From Tubulanus polymorphus (Eukaryota; Animalia; Nemertea): a stretch of DNA of 64,000 nucleotides. The notes beneath the pieces are model-generated. The model made no database searches. It saw nothing but the letters and a program-made list of their open reading frames with translations, and was not told the DNA's origin. Location of the stretch: contig NC_134033.1 in the NCBI RefSeq assembly GCF_964204645.1, positions 10,114,655-10,178,654 of the forward strand. Reading direction: 5' to 3'. This document shows, one piece after another, positions 27,329 through 55,700 of this stretch. Every line of letters begins with the position of its first letter. Position 1 is the stretch's first letter. The position numbers and the translations under genes are program-made.

Positions 27329-29412
27329 GTCAAGCAAAAAGCAAGAGCCCTAAATTCTTGAAATAAAAACCAAAAAATCCATAAACTCATGTTTGTAGAT
27401 CATCTTACGGGTGCAATCAAACCAAACCAGTTCTATGATTTTAGGTTTTTAGTGTAGAATATCAAATTAAGCGGTAAAATTTCAGTGAAATACTGAGAAT
27501 CCTATATACGTAGAGTTTACGTTAACGAGCTCAAGGGGCGAGTTCTTTGAAAACAAATTCCCGGGAGCCTCCAGGGCCACGGTGAAATACTTCACATGAA
27601 GCTATGTCGGTGCGGCCGTGCTTGTCCTTCTTGAACTAGAAAAAACTCGTTCTAGTTTTGTAGTAAAACTACAAAAGTGCGCGTCACGTAGGCCGCCGCA
27701 TAACTGACGTGTTCTCCGTTCAGCGGGAGAGACGTGCTTCTTTTAAATCGAATAAAAATATCACCGGTTAGTCATAGATTCCGTTTCGACCTTCACGACG
27801 CCGAAGGGTGATTTCCGTAACCCTAGATGGCGCCACTAGCCGGCGGCGGCGTGCCGATTGACGTCGTATGGAAAATACGGTTACTTTTTTTCCTCGGAAT
27901 GACGCGCGATTTCCCCGCGCAGCAGACTCATCAGAGGTGCACAATCGATTAGAAACTCGCGGATAAAAAATACTCGTAACCAGTCGACGTATACATGAAA
28001 TAAAACGAGTCTCCCCCGAACTGCGCGGCTATTCACTTCAGTATTGCTTTTTTTCCATTTTTGCTATGCACTTCCCGTGCGTATGATGCCAAAAACCTTG
28101 AAGTTTAGACAGGCATTTCAACTCACCACAAAATATTCACTTACAACTAATTAGATAATAGACTCTGACTCTGGGTCGATTCGGTCTGGTTGAAACATCC
28201 CAGGATCCATGTGTCAGTCTGGGTAATTCTGGATTCTCCTATGCAGTCTGGGTCATTCAGTCTTGGTTCTCCCGTGCAGTCTGGGTGATTGTGGGTTCCC
28301 TGTGCCAGTCTGGGTCATCCTCGGTCTCCTGCGTCATTCTAATCAGTCTGCGATCCCCATGTGTCAGTCCGGGATGCCCGCAGCGGTTCACCACATTGAG
28401 GTGTCAATTCACGGTCGGGAGATTAGTGATAGTAACGTAGCCCCTTTAATAATAGTCTCGCTCGACGATGAGCCGAGTCGTCACTCACTCGTTCGCTGCA
28501 TCTAGAGAATCGATTGCGTCGTCAGGCGGTGGTACAGTTTCCCCCTCTCTCTCTCGCTCCTCGGCTGTTCAGTGGTGATACTAGCGGCGCTGGTGCCGCC
28601 GATCATAATATGATATCTCGAGCAGTCGGGGTTTTTATCGCAGGTCACCAGCGAGCAAAACCGTTTCAAACAAAGTCTTACACGTCGCAGCCGATAGAAG
28701 ATGGATGGCGACAATCACCGATAAGCCTATGTGATATAATATTGACCGGGCCATGGAATGATCGGCTTTGCGTTACTGTGCACTAATTCGGGAGACCCAG
28801 TTCCTGGGCAGAGAACGCAGAGAACTTGATGAAAAAAAAACTCAAATAATCTTTGGTGATGGTGGTTGCATCGGTCAGGGGGATGCAGATTGGGCTCAAT
28901 GGGTGACAACTAAAATGCGTCATGCCCGAGCCGAGAACCAATAAATACTATTCTCCGCTGTGAACCGTTACTGCTCACCGAGTGAAGTAATGAGCGTCGT
29001 AAATTTTACCTTATCAACGACCACGACTAGAATCGCACGGCAATTACACTCGGCTCCACACGATCCGATCGATCGCTCGCTTGCTCGATCGACATTAAGG
29101 TGTTTCCGCAACCGAGCGATGTGGAGTATGCCGACGTGGTATCGTCGTCGTATACCACTCACTTGCCGGGGTTCGTTTAAGTACGAACCGAAATGGTATT
29201 TATATTGCGCTGTGCTGATTGGTCGCGATTGCCTTTAATGGTAATTGCCTATTGGGTGGATGTGGCGAGGGAAAAGTAGATCTAGTCTAGGATGGGTTTG
29301 TACGCGAAAAATTTTATGCGCTGTCAATTCTGTAAAAAAAAGATCCGACGCTTTGCGTCAAGAGGAAGACGGATAGATCTTAAAGTGCGGTGCAACGTCT
29401 CCAGACAGACTG

Positions 29413-29541
<129 letters not shown>

Positions 29542-31392
29542 AGTCAATCTAGCGAGGGAATTGTGAGGGTTGGTTTATGAGCATATATAGTGTTAGGGCA
29601 ATTTAGGCAAATAATTTAGGTTAATATTTTTCGTGAAATAATCGATCTTGTGTTATTTGGAATATTACATAGCAGTCTTGGCTGAAATCAGTGCCGGATT
29701 TTGATATCTAGGTACATGCCCCCAAACACTTCATACAATTTCAAACCCTTGTTGAATCCCATCTCAGTTCCAATCTTACATCAACTTAAACTGATTTAAA
29801 ACCACTTTCGGGATCAAGTCTCGTCTGCTGTTTAAGCTATAGCGTTTATCGTTGATTTGAAGTCAGGATGTGATTTTCTATATAATCGTGAGTTAATCCT
29901 GCTCGTGCAGCGGCAGCCGCCACAGTTTTAGAGGCAGAGGGAGGATTGGGTATCCGCCAGTGCGTTACGGCGTCAATCGCTAATTTTCTCAGACCACCGA
30001 CTGTGGCAGGCGACTGTACCGTATCTCTACTCGCGCCAGTGTCGAGGAGAGGAAGAAGGAAATCGATCGTGGCTCCGTGCTGGAACTGAGATTGATGGCC
30101 TGGGGACCTGACCATCGGGGGAATGATGTACCGATACTCGCCGTCGCGCCGTGCGTCATAAAACTGCACGAGACTGGATCCAGTGTAATTATACCGTACA
30201 CACGCAGCTGCTCGGTGCCGCCGTCGCTTCACTCTCCCGTTCTCCGATAAATTCACGTAATTGTCATTGACCTTAATCTTATTAGGATACGGCGCAAATC
30301 TGCGTGGTTAGGTTGCGCAAGCAGCACACCCCGGCCCCGCCGGTCTAATTCGTGTCTCAGTGATTAAAGTAATCAGCTGTAAATGTATTTATAAAGTAAA
30401 CGCTTCGACAAGGTTTAAGATTCGACAGTAAATCAATGCATTCGATTCACAACATGTAACATGTTTATTTTCACACATTTTGTCAAAAATGATCTATCTT
30501 ATTTATTAAACATATTTTTTGTACATACAATTATTGGGTAAGTATTCACAGATTTAAGTATACAAAACTCATATCTTTTGGAATCTTAACAGCTATAATA
30601 AAAAACGCTTTGATTCATGTTGGCTTCCCATAAGGACATTTTGCTACTAGTGTTACCAATCTAGGCTTATAAAGTTTTTTTTTGTAATAACGTGCACGCT
30701 TTATTGAAGAGAGTTTTTTTTTGTAGAGATGTCTCATCTGTGAAAGTTCATAGATTCTTCTTTTACAGAAAATACAATTTGAAAATTTGTCATTTTTTCG
30801 AAATCTAATCGCGAACGAATTTTTTATATCCTGACCATGGTATCGGTTCTCTCTTTCAGGGTTCATTGATAACCTAGCAAGCGTTGGATAGCGCAAGAGC
30901 CGCGTTGGTGGTTTGCAGAAACAACGACTCTATCTCCGGTCGAGCCGATACAGTGTACACGTTCGTTCCTTACAGAGACAAGAGAACGCTTCCCGAGGCT
31001 CAAGTGACAGTGTCTGTTAGGATCAGCGTCGTACGTAGTTTATTATTGGGGACTGGTTGAACTGCATTTGAACAGATTATGTAACCGGGAAATGAAAAAA
31101 AAATCCCTGAACTGAAAACTGAATCTTTTTCATTTTACTGCAAGCGTGATGAGGAGTGTAATCCGATGAGTTCGATCGCCATCTTGCGGAAAATGCCGAC
31201 ACCGATGTTGTAGAGGATTTTAAAAACTGACAGGTGCAGTTATTCACGATTGCTTCGTTCGCCATCTACCGGGGTTTACTGTCACTACTGAGTCCCAAAC
31301 GAAACAATGTTGACCTAGTTTTGATAGAATTTGGATAGGTCGCGAGCCAAGTGTAGATCGAGCTAGTTTTCGGATAGACTGATGGACCTGAC

Positions 31393-32006
31393 CACAGGCA
31401 CTTGAATATGGGCTTTGATAATGGATAAATATTTGATAATTTACCAGCGATACGTTAATCCTACTTTAATAGATCGCCATGTTTTATAATAAATTTACCC
31501 ATGATGCAACGCGCGCCAGTCGTTTAGCTATACTATACAGAAAGGCTGGAAACGATCCTATCTCCGTAATGCTTAAATCTACCCGCAGTTATCGGGACAG
31601 ATGACGTCACAGCAATCCCGAAGAGGCATCGCGAATTTTCAAAAATCAATTTTGCTGCCATTTAAAATCTTTAATGGAGCTAAAACAGTGTCAATGTTTC
31701 CAAAAAAATCATCTACAATTGAAATTATGGGCGCTCCTATATTTCAGGATTAAAATTGACACTAAGGACGTACTTCGGCAATCATCGGCAGTGTTCGGCT
31801 GTCCCGATAACTGCGGGTAGATTTAAGCATTACGGAGATAGGATCGTTTCCAGCCTTTCTGTATAGTATAGCTAAACGACCGGCGCGCGTTGCATCATGG
31901 GTAAATTTATTATAAAACATGGCGATCTATTAAAGTAGGATTAACGTATCGCTGGTAAATTATCAAATATTTATCCATTATCAAAGCCCATATTCAAGTG
32001 CCTGTG
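31393..32006. mobile_element. 614-bp foldback non-autonomous DNA transposon with 208-bp TIRs
   Basis: Arms 31393-31600 and 31799-32006 are reverse complements with one mismatch seen; 198-bp spacer; flanked by direct repeat acctgac (7 bp; readable as 9-bp gacctgacc if each end is shifted in by 1). Confidence 0.93.
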
Positions 32007-33236
32007 ACCTGACCCCCGTTAGAAGTAGAACAGATTGGTTGGTGTTTTGGTGCGATGTGCAGTAAAGAACACAATGTTGTCTCTTGGAACGGAGTGCTAA
32101 AACAATGGGCAGCAAATCGAGATGAATTACAGAAAACATCATCGATTTAGAAATATTCAATACGACATTTATTTTAACTCTATTTACAAAAAACAGCTAT
32201 TCATATTGAAAATTCGATCAAGACAATGCAGTATATATATAATACAAATAATATACGACAAACCAGCGGGGAAGCAACTTTACAATGTAACTCAATATTC
32301 AATACAGATGTTAAAAGTCGCGATTAAAAATGTCTCTATCTGATTAAAACACCAACATTTGGGAAATTACAGTAGGAACCAGTTCTACAAAGCAGATATG
32401 ACGATAAGTTACTTAATAACCACTTTCTCGTTCTCAATAACTTCAACGATTCAGTAAAATTATGATTAATTACTAATGGTGCCTTCTTATTCTCGATGAC
32501 TTCAACTATTCAGTAAAATTATAATAAGTTATCAATAACTTCGATAATATGATTTGATTATAATGGAGCTCCATGGAACTGGAGAACCTCTGTCAATTCT
32601 CTGATCTTAGGGATCTTCCCTGCTCTCCCTCTCTGCAACTTCTCCCCTCTTACCGATGACAGTAAACATTATTATACCCTGTTAACTATAAAAGAAGTAT
32701 CATCACTCTGTGAGGACCAGTGCGTGACCCTTACGGAGATAAATCAAGGCGTGGTTCATACTAAAAAGCTGATAAACCATCACTAATTTCAGGATGAGAT
32801 CCCGGGTTTCTGGACTCCCTTCGGTTTCGATAAAACCCGAACGTTATGTTCTACGTCGTTTCAGTTTGAGTTCAGTTGAAAGTTTTTGATGAATTATTTT
32901 ACATATATATCACACACACACACGATAAATACTAAATACAAATCACAATTAATTTATTTCACAAACTGTAATCAAAACCCGTCATCTCTACATACACATT
33001 GTCCTAGTCCGGACTTCCATACAATCTGATTGGTCCATTACACGAGCTATCTCTGCAAATTGACCAATGAGAACAGAGAACACATAAATGATGTCGGTCC
33101 ATTTAAATATGGACCCAAACAGCACATATTCATAACCGGTATCACTGGACCTCATTGGGCCTGCCCCTTACCACACAATCTTTAGATAAGTAAACTTCAA
33201 AAAGTCTCTTAGTTCTTTACCAAATTTCCGTCTGTG

Positions 33237-33354
33237 GGTCCAGTTCCACAGTTCTCGGTTAACTCCGTTTCACTCAGAGTTCAACGATATTCAAAAATGA
33301 ACTGAGAGATTTCGACTCTGAATTAACTCTTACTCAAAACTGTGGAAATGGGTC
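33237..33354. mobile_element. MITE, same family as 26676-26783, followed by a partial extra right end
   Basis: ggtccagttccacagt...actgtggaaatgggtc with similar gagttaactc-type internal palindromes. Confidence 0.65.
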
Positions 33355-33484
33355 CTGAGTTGAGAGTAAACTCTAACTCAGAACTGTGGAACTGTGCCGA
33401 TCGCGGACCTGGAATGGTTAATTCATTAACTTCCTCATCTACGAAGAAACATAACATATCGACAATGTTCGAAGGTGATCAAAG

Positions 33485-49124
<15,640 letters not shown>

Positions 49125-52100
49125 CTGTGGAAGATATAATAGAAAAGCACATTATTGTAAAACGAAGAAAATCCAACAATGTTTTAGCAATCATCTAAAC
49201 AGCCATCATCAGGCATACTCGCTGAGTATGCTGCACCAGTATGCCTAGTGATGCCTATTAGATAATAGCAGAAACGTCTCTGAAATAGCCTACAATCACA
49301 TCTTACAGAATATTAGGTCTTTTGCTGGATTCATCGTGGGATTTCTACTTATTCATCTTACACACGGAAAGTGTTTACTATCGCAATATATAACGTTGTT
49401 AAAACCAATGGGCAAAGATGGATTAGAACATGCTGGGGTCACGTCTCCCCTCCTGAAGAATAATGATCCGTGGCCGCAGTTCCGAATAGAACCACACATT
49501 GAGTTTTGTCTGGCCCCATCTTGCGTCTCCCACGATGGTTAGGAAGCATCTCAAAATAGTTGCGTCAATTAGAATAACTGTTTAATTCGTTTTAACCCCC
49601 CCCTTGATTAAGACACATGCCAAAGTTGGAACTATTGATTATCTAATGAGAGACCACAGACAAAAAAAAGACATTCTCACGAGTGTATTTCGATCACAAC
49701 TTTTAATTGAAAAATAAATTTGTTAAATTACAAGTGGAAAACCTATTAAACTCTAATAGACCTTATAAACAAAATCAAATATACCAACAGCATCTAAAAG
49801 AGAGACGGTTAAATCTACTGCTTGTTATATGAAACTGCAATTCAATTCAATTCAATGTGATATATTTATTGCCCCGCAATAAAAACTCGATAGTTCGGCA
49901 GTCGTGATGAATCCGCAAGTTATTCTAATTGGAGTAACTATCGGAATTTTGAGATGCTCCCTTACTCGAACTGTTTTCACAGTATAGGACCCCTACATAT
50001 TGGGCTTAAACGATTGCCTTGACCAGGAACAGGACCAATGATAAGTAACATAACATAGCTATATAGCGAATAGCAAGTTATTCATATCTATCAAGTGCTT
50101 GGTAGATAAATCACATACAGACATATTAGGCGCCTCTCATAAGATGCACTTGAATAAAGCTGACATTGTAAAAACGTTTGTCTGAGAAGAAGATCGAGTT
50201 GTATGAATTGACGCTGAAAGATTGATGATAATGGTGATGATGCTGGATTTATGTAGATACAACATCTCCAGTAATATTCAGGATGCAATTTATTGTCATC
50301 GCTAGAATAGTTTCCACATTGATTTTTTTCAGCTACAATGACTCGACAGAATGTGAATGTGTCGATTATAGCTTCTAGCGTTTCTGTATCTAGATTCATT
50401 ACGTGAATCGCTGTCTGAATGCATGCATCTACTCAAATCAACTAGCCACTCTGGTGGTAGCTAATACCATTTGACTCGTGGTGCCGATTCGCTATGTCTG
50501 GTAGCCACACTTCTATTTGACTAGTGGCCTCAATTCGCAATGTCTGGTAGCCACAATTGCACTGTCTTGCTGAGATCCTTATTGTTCTATCCTAGAAAGT
50601 GGATAGCTTCAATTTGGTTATCAAAAGGAATGGGGGCATTACCTGTTATCCGCATTCTGGAACAATCTTTAAAACCGCTGACTGTCTCGACTGTGGAACC
50701 AGCAGTGGATCCATGGGTTGCACGTGAATCCCCCCCTAAAGTCTTCGCTACTCGAGTGGTTCTACTTGCAAATGGAACGCGTCTCCGCGCAACTCTCTTC
50801 TTTTAAAAATTTGTGGGGAAGATTCTTTCCTTTTCCAGACCCCCGTCCTAATTTGTGCACCCACTCCCTGAAATCCTGGATCCGCTGGTGGAAACTGTCA
50901 ATAGAGTTAGCTGGCTCAGGATGCCTGAATACGGTGATGAATGGTGGGATGTGCTTCAATCTACTGAAGGCTGACACTCTGAGTCTCTGGAACCCCGAAT
51001 TTGAATTTATCTCAGATCAAAACACACTCCACCTAATACTCAGTCGTTGAGAAGAGTTGTTTTGATCTGATCGATAATTTGTCTGACGGAAAAAGCGTGT
51101 CTATTGTTAGAGAGAACATATGATCCACATCTGTTGTCGTCATCAGGTTGGTTTAAGTACATACACACACACGCACAATGTAAAATCGATACTTACAGTG
51201 GAAGACATTACCATTGTAAAAATAAGCGGTTTGTATTTAATAAAGATAAAACTGAAAGGGCGTTATCAGACTCAATAAGATTAGAGATACGTTTTAATTT
51301 TCTACGGGGGGTCGAGTACGTAATATTTAACTAATAGTCGCCGAAGGGCGGAGCCCGCTCGGGCACGGAACGCATAGAAATGCAGTGTAGGGGGCACAAC
51401 CCCCTCTCGCAGCGCAGCGGAAATTTCTGCAAAATCATGTCATGGTGATGCATTCTGACGCAATCTACTAAGCCTATTACCAACGAATACGTCGAGAACA
51501 ACGGGACCTAACCATCCACAAATATTAATGATTCCATCTAATATTTGATCCGAGTGGGATCTGCCCTTCAGACAGAAATATTTTAGGTAGGCAGTAAAGA
51601 CCCAGCATCGGTGAGTGCAATAATCAGGCGTTGTTTGTGACTGGTGACGACGCATCGACGATCGTAAAGTGCTTCCATCGCATTATCGAGGTCAATTCCC
51701 TATGCGATGATCGTTTGGGAAATTTTTTAAAGGGGGTCGTTCGCACCCCCCGGCCCCCCTCTGGTGCCGCCCATGGATTTTATGAAAATGTTTATCTAAA
51801 CAGTTTTACATGGCTAGCGCTATACCTAATACACGATGGGCAGAGAACTAAGGACCTTAACTGTTGATTGGGGCCGTAGACCCGTTTCTAAATAGTTATC
51901 TTCAGGATCGAATACTCTTAGGAATATTACCGGTAGTCAAAACGTCGAAACTTCATTATTAACTTCAGGATCCCTCCAATACTGATGAACTTAAAAATCG
52001 GTACGTCAGATGCACGACTGGATCTTGTGCGCTCACAGAACCCCGTGCACTGGCGGACCTCAATGGGACTTGGCACTGCACTTTGGACAGCGGAAGGTCA

Positions 52101-52705
52101 AATATAGTGGAAAGTCTATTTACATCATCTGTGTGTATATGAATTGGGGTATGTATTGGTTGGATGGGATAGGGTTAGTACATATCGAAGTAGATATTGC
52201 TAGAAGGGAAAATAAATCGATATTGAGGCATTGATTGATTATAACCACAGATATCCCGGTCGCCGCTGTGGATCGTCGAGTGATAATCGGCATCACACAC
52301 GGGTAGACTATTGATGACACTGTTACTGAGTTGAATGCTTCCCCGCCAACTCTCTCGCTCACTCGCTCTTGAGGTGAATGTAATTGTCCTATAAGGTTTG
52401 CGGCTTTTCATCCGCGTTTTGTCAGCTTCATTTTGGATCACCTCAACATGGAACATGTCGACCTCAACTTAGACGGAATTTCAGCTTTGAGAACGTCATA
52501 GTCCGGGGTCCGGGTCGTGCGTAGAGCTCGATGTGGAGGCTGCTCTAGACAGCTGCCAAGGGGGAGACAAACAAGGATTGGAACTTGTGATAAACAAACT
52601 CGATCCTCTTACAACTGCGACGCAACAAATTCCCTACACCTGGGAACTGACACGACTCTGTGTCTATCTCACACTCAAAGATTAACAGATTTTAATGAAA
52701 CTTAC

Positions 52706-52736
52706 CGAATATCAGTAGCACAGCGTGAATTTCCAT
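52706..52736 (-). CDS. Candidate signal-peptide start exon (MEIHAVLLIF)
   Basis: ATG, hydrophobic codons and a strong phase-1 donor G|gtaagt; phase-compatible with exon 48870-49124, but it may belong to a decayed neighbouring gene. Confidence 0.4.
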
Positions 52737-55700
52737 TATAAACGATTTAGAACGACTTAGATAGTCCCGTTGCTCAATATTCCAGTAATTACAGGTAATC
52801 TAATGTAGTAACATGCAATCACCCAATGTAATTATACAATGTAGTCATATATAATTATATGTCTGTCACCGACTGATGGTGCAGTAAGACACTCGTTAAC
52901 GATTCTCAGATGTCGCAACAACCGAATTTCGGAATTTCAATTAAATCTTCGACAAATTTCTTCGGCATCCGCTCCTGAAGAATTTGGTTGTTTAATTATA
53001 GATTGCTGGACGCGGAAACGATAGAACCGTAAAAAAAAATAGTTTCAAAATCCAGAGATTATACTCAGTGAGTTAAAAAAAAAACTTGGTGCACTGTTCC
53101 CAGACTAGTTCATTTCTCTGTATTTAGTTTTCTCATTGTTGTTGTTATTTTTAGCTATACGTCGTTTTTTCAGCAGATCTGCTGCTGCTTTTGTATCATT
53201 TTCCAGTCTCTTTTTTGTTTCCCATGAATCGAACGTTGAAACGGTAACAGCAACAAATACTGAGAGGTGAAAATAACGCAATCCTTTTCCGTACTATTCA
53301 CACACCGTAAAATTTCCGAGAGAAAATATTAAATGTTGTTTGTTCTAACGGTAGGAAGCTGAAACTTTTCTATTTCCAATTTTCCTGATCTTTATACTAC
53401 TGTATTTCAGATATTCAAAAATATCCTTCACTGCTGTCAGTTCGGCACCAAGCGGGTCACATCATTCCGAGTTTAAAAACTGTAGTCGCCTTGAACTCAA
53501 CGCTTAAATCGTAGCCAAAGGCTTTAATCATCCGCCGAATTGATAGCTTAAAATAACTTTAATTATCAATTTGGTTGTTGTTTTATCTCCTTTGATTTTC
53601 GTCATTCAAAGACGACGTTCGAACGGTTTAATAAACTGCAGACTTTGATGATCGCTTTCGACTTGTAACAAAAGAAGCCACGAAGAAAACCGCCGCCGCC
53701 ATGTTTACAGCTACACTGAGATTGACACAGTTTGAAGGTTCGTTCTAATCGGGAATAACTAATATTCAAACCACAGCAGTTTATCCTATATACATGAGCT
53801 TTTTCTTGGGGGGGGGGGGGGCTTGATCAAATATGTATATATATTTATATATATCCAACGGTTCCCTTACTCTTCGGTTCCTACTGCTCACTATGTGTGT
53901 ATATATGTGTATGCGGGCTTTAAGGGTCCTCGAACCTGTTTAATTCCATCACCACAAAAGATCGGTAAAAACCGAGTTCTTTGTTTGTTTGTCGAATATA
54001 GAAATGACACCGCGAAAAAATTACATGGCTTTGCTTATGTTCTAGAATTTGATATTTGATTGATCTCGTTAACTACGAAAAGATTAATCTTATCAATTTT
54101 GAAAATAGAAAAAAAAACAATGAATTTAATTTCTAGAAAACTTAATTCTGTTCTTCAATCATTTTCGTATACATTTAATATTCAAACGTAATTAGCAAGT
54201 TGATTCCGAAAGCGTTTCATCCTAAGGTCGTCGAGAACTTTACGATTAATCAGTAAATTGATTTTGTAAAAAAATCCAATTGAAACCTTTGAAAAAATAA
54301 TGCAATATATAATCAAATCGTTTATGTTGACATATATAGCATATCTGAAACATTTATCTAAATAACCGAATCATCGAAACCTTTGATTCACAAGAAACAG
54401 TTTTACTTATCTCCCTCCCAGTCCCTCTCTCCCCCTCTCCCTCTCTCTCTCTATCTCCAAGGCGAATCTTTACGTTACAGTTTCATCTATTCAGGCTGAA
54501 CAGTTCACTTTGTTCCGTACTCTATATTCTCTAACAAGTAACGCACGGCGTTGTTTTAGTAAGTATCCGGTATCATCTTTTTCACCGAAAATAAATCATC
54601 GGATATACATTACACGATATTTCCTTCGAGAATTATTTCTTGACTTGAGAAGTATATCCGTGGATTCCTTTTGAAATATTTCCGAATTTACAGCAGTCCT
54701 ACACGAACCTACACAACCTATATGCACTAGTAACGAAAGCTGAAAATCTTTTAAAAAAATCTGTCACCCTGCAGAGTACTACCTGTTTGCACGTTTACTT
54801 AGATTTAAAAAAATGAAGAACCGATATGAACTAAGTTTGCGGTAATGGCGACAACAGAATGTAAGCAGCCTGTAGCACAGTAAGTGAAATCAGTGAAATC
54901 CTAATGTATTCCTTGAGAATATTTGTATTGTTTTAAATTGCAAATTTACGCAGGAATTTGCCACAGAAACTGTGAAATAGATTTGATACATATACATCCG
55001 CTGTTAGTTAATGTTTCCCTTTTCGAATTATGATTAACTCTAGACGATGAATGATACATCTCTGAAAGCAGCACCATGTTTGACTTTATGAGAGACGTTA
55101 CTGTTTAATGTAGGAGACCCTTCTTTCTGTCGCCGACGACGTTTGCTGTATTAATAATGATCATAAAAATCTAGCCAATTTACCGATGTGTTTTCTGCGT
55201 AGAGAGAATCAGTCAGAGCACACTGCGAACTCATAACATCAATTCAACATCTCAAATCATGCGGAGAACGTGAATTTAATAACATCAAATTGACGTTAGT
55301 TATTGATAATGATTTTTTTTATTTTCGTGACGTCACAGACAGGCGCAGTGACGGGCAGCACGTTACCAAGTAAAGCCATGCTGGATACCTTGATTCTAAT
55401 TGAACCCTTCCGTACGAGAACCGTTTTAAATCTATCGTTTATTCCTCAATATTTTTTCTAGGTGGAGTGTGAATATCGTTAATTCTAAACACCGATGCAA
55501 ATAGCCACATCTAAATGATACTACCGCTAAACTTATGCGAAATATTTTGGACCCATAACAGTTCCTGATCTGAGACTGAACGACGACTGAGAGGCGACTG
55601 AAATTAACTAAAGTTGATACAAGATCAAACTCAATACTGTCTACTGGGTTTTATAGTCGTAACATACTACAAACGTTTTTGTATTGTAAGCGAATATTAG

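Noticed and set aside
30615-31265. Short minus-strand ORFs near the foldback element
   Set aside because: Multiple stops in all frames and no recognisable domain or exon chain.
49336-49550. Candidate signal-peptide exon for the receptor
   Set aside because: The hydrophobic frame is preceded by an in-frame TGA and has no good phase-1 donor.
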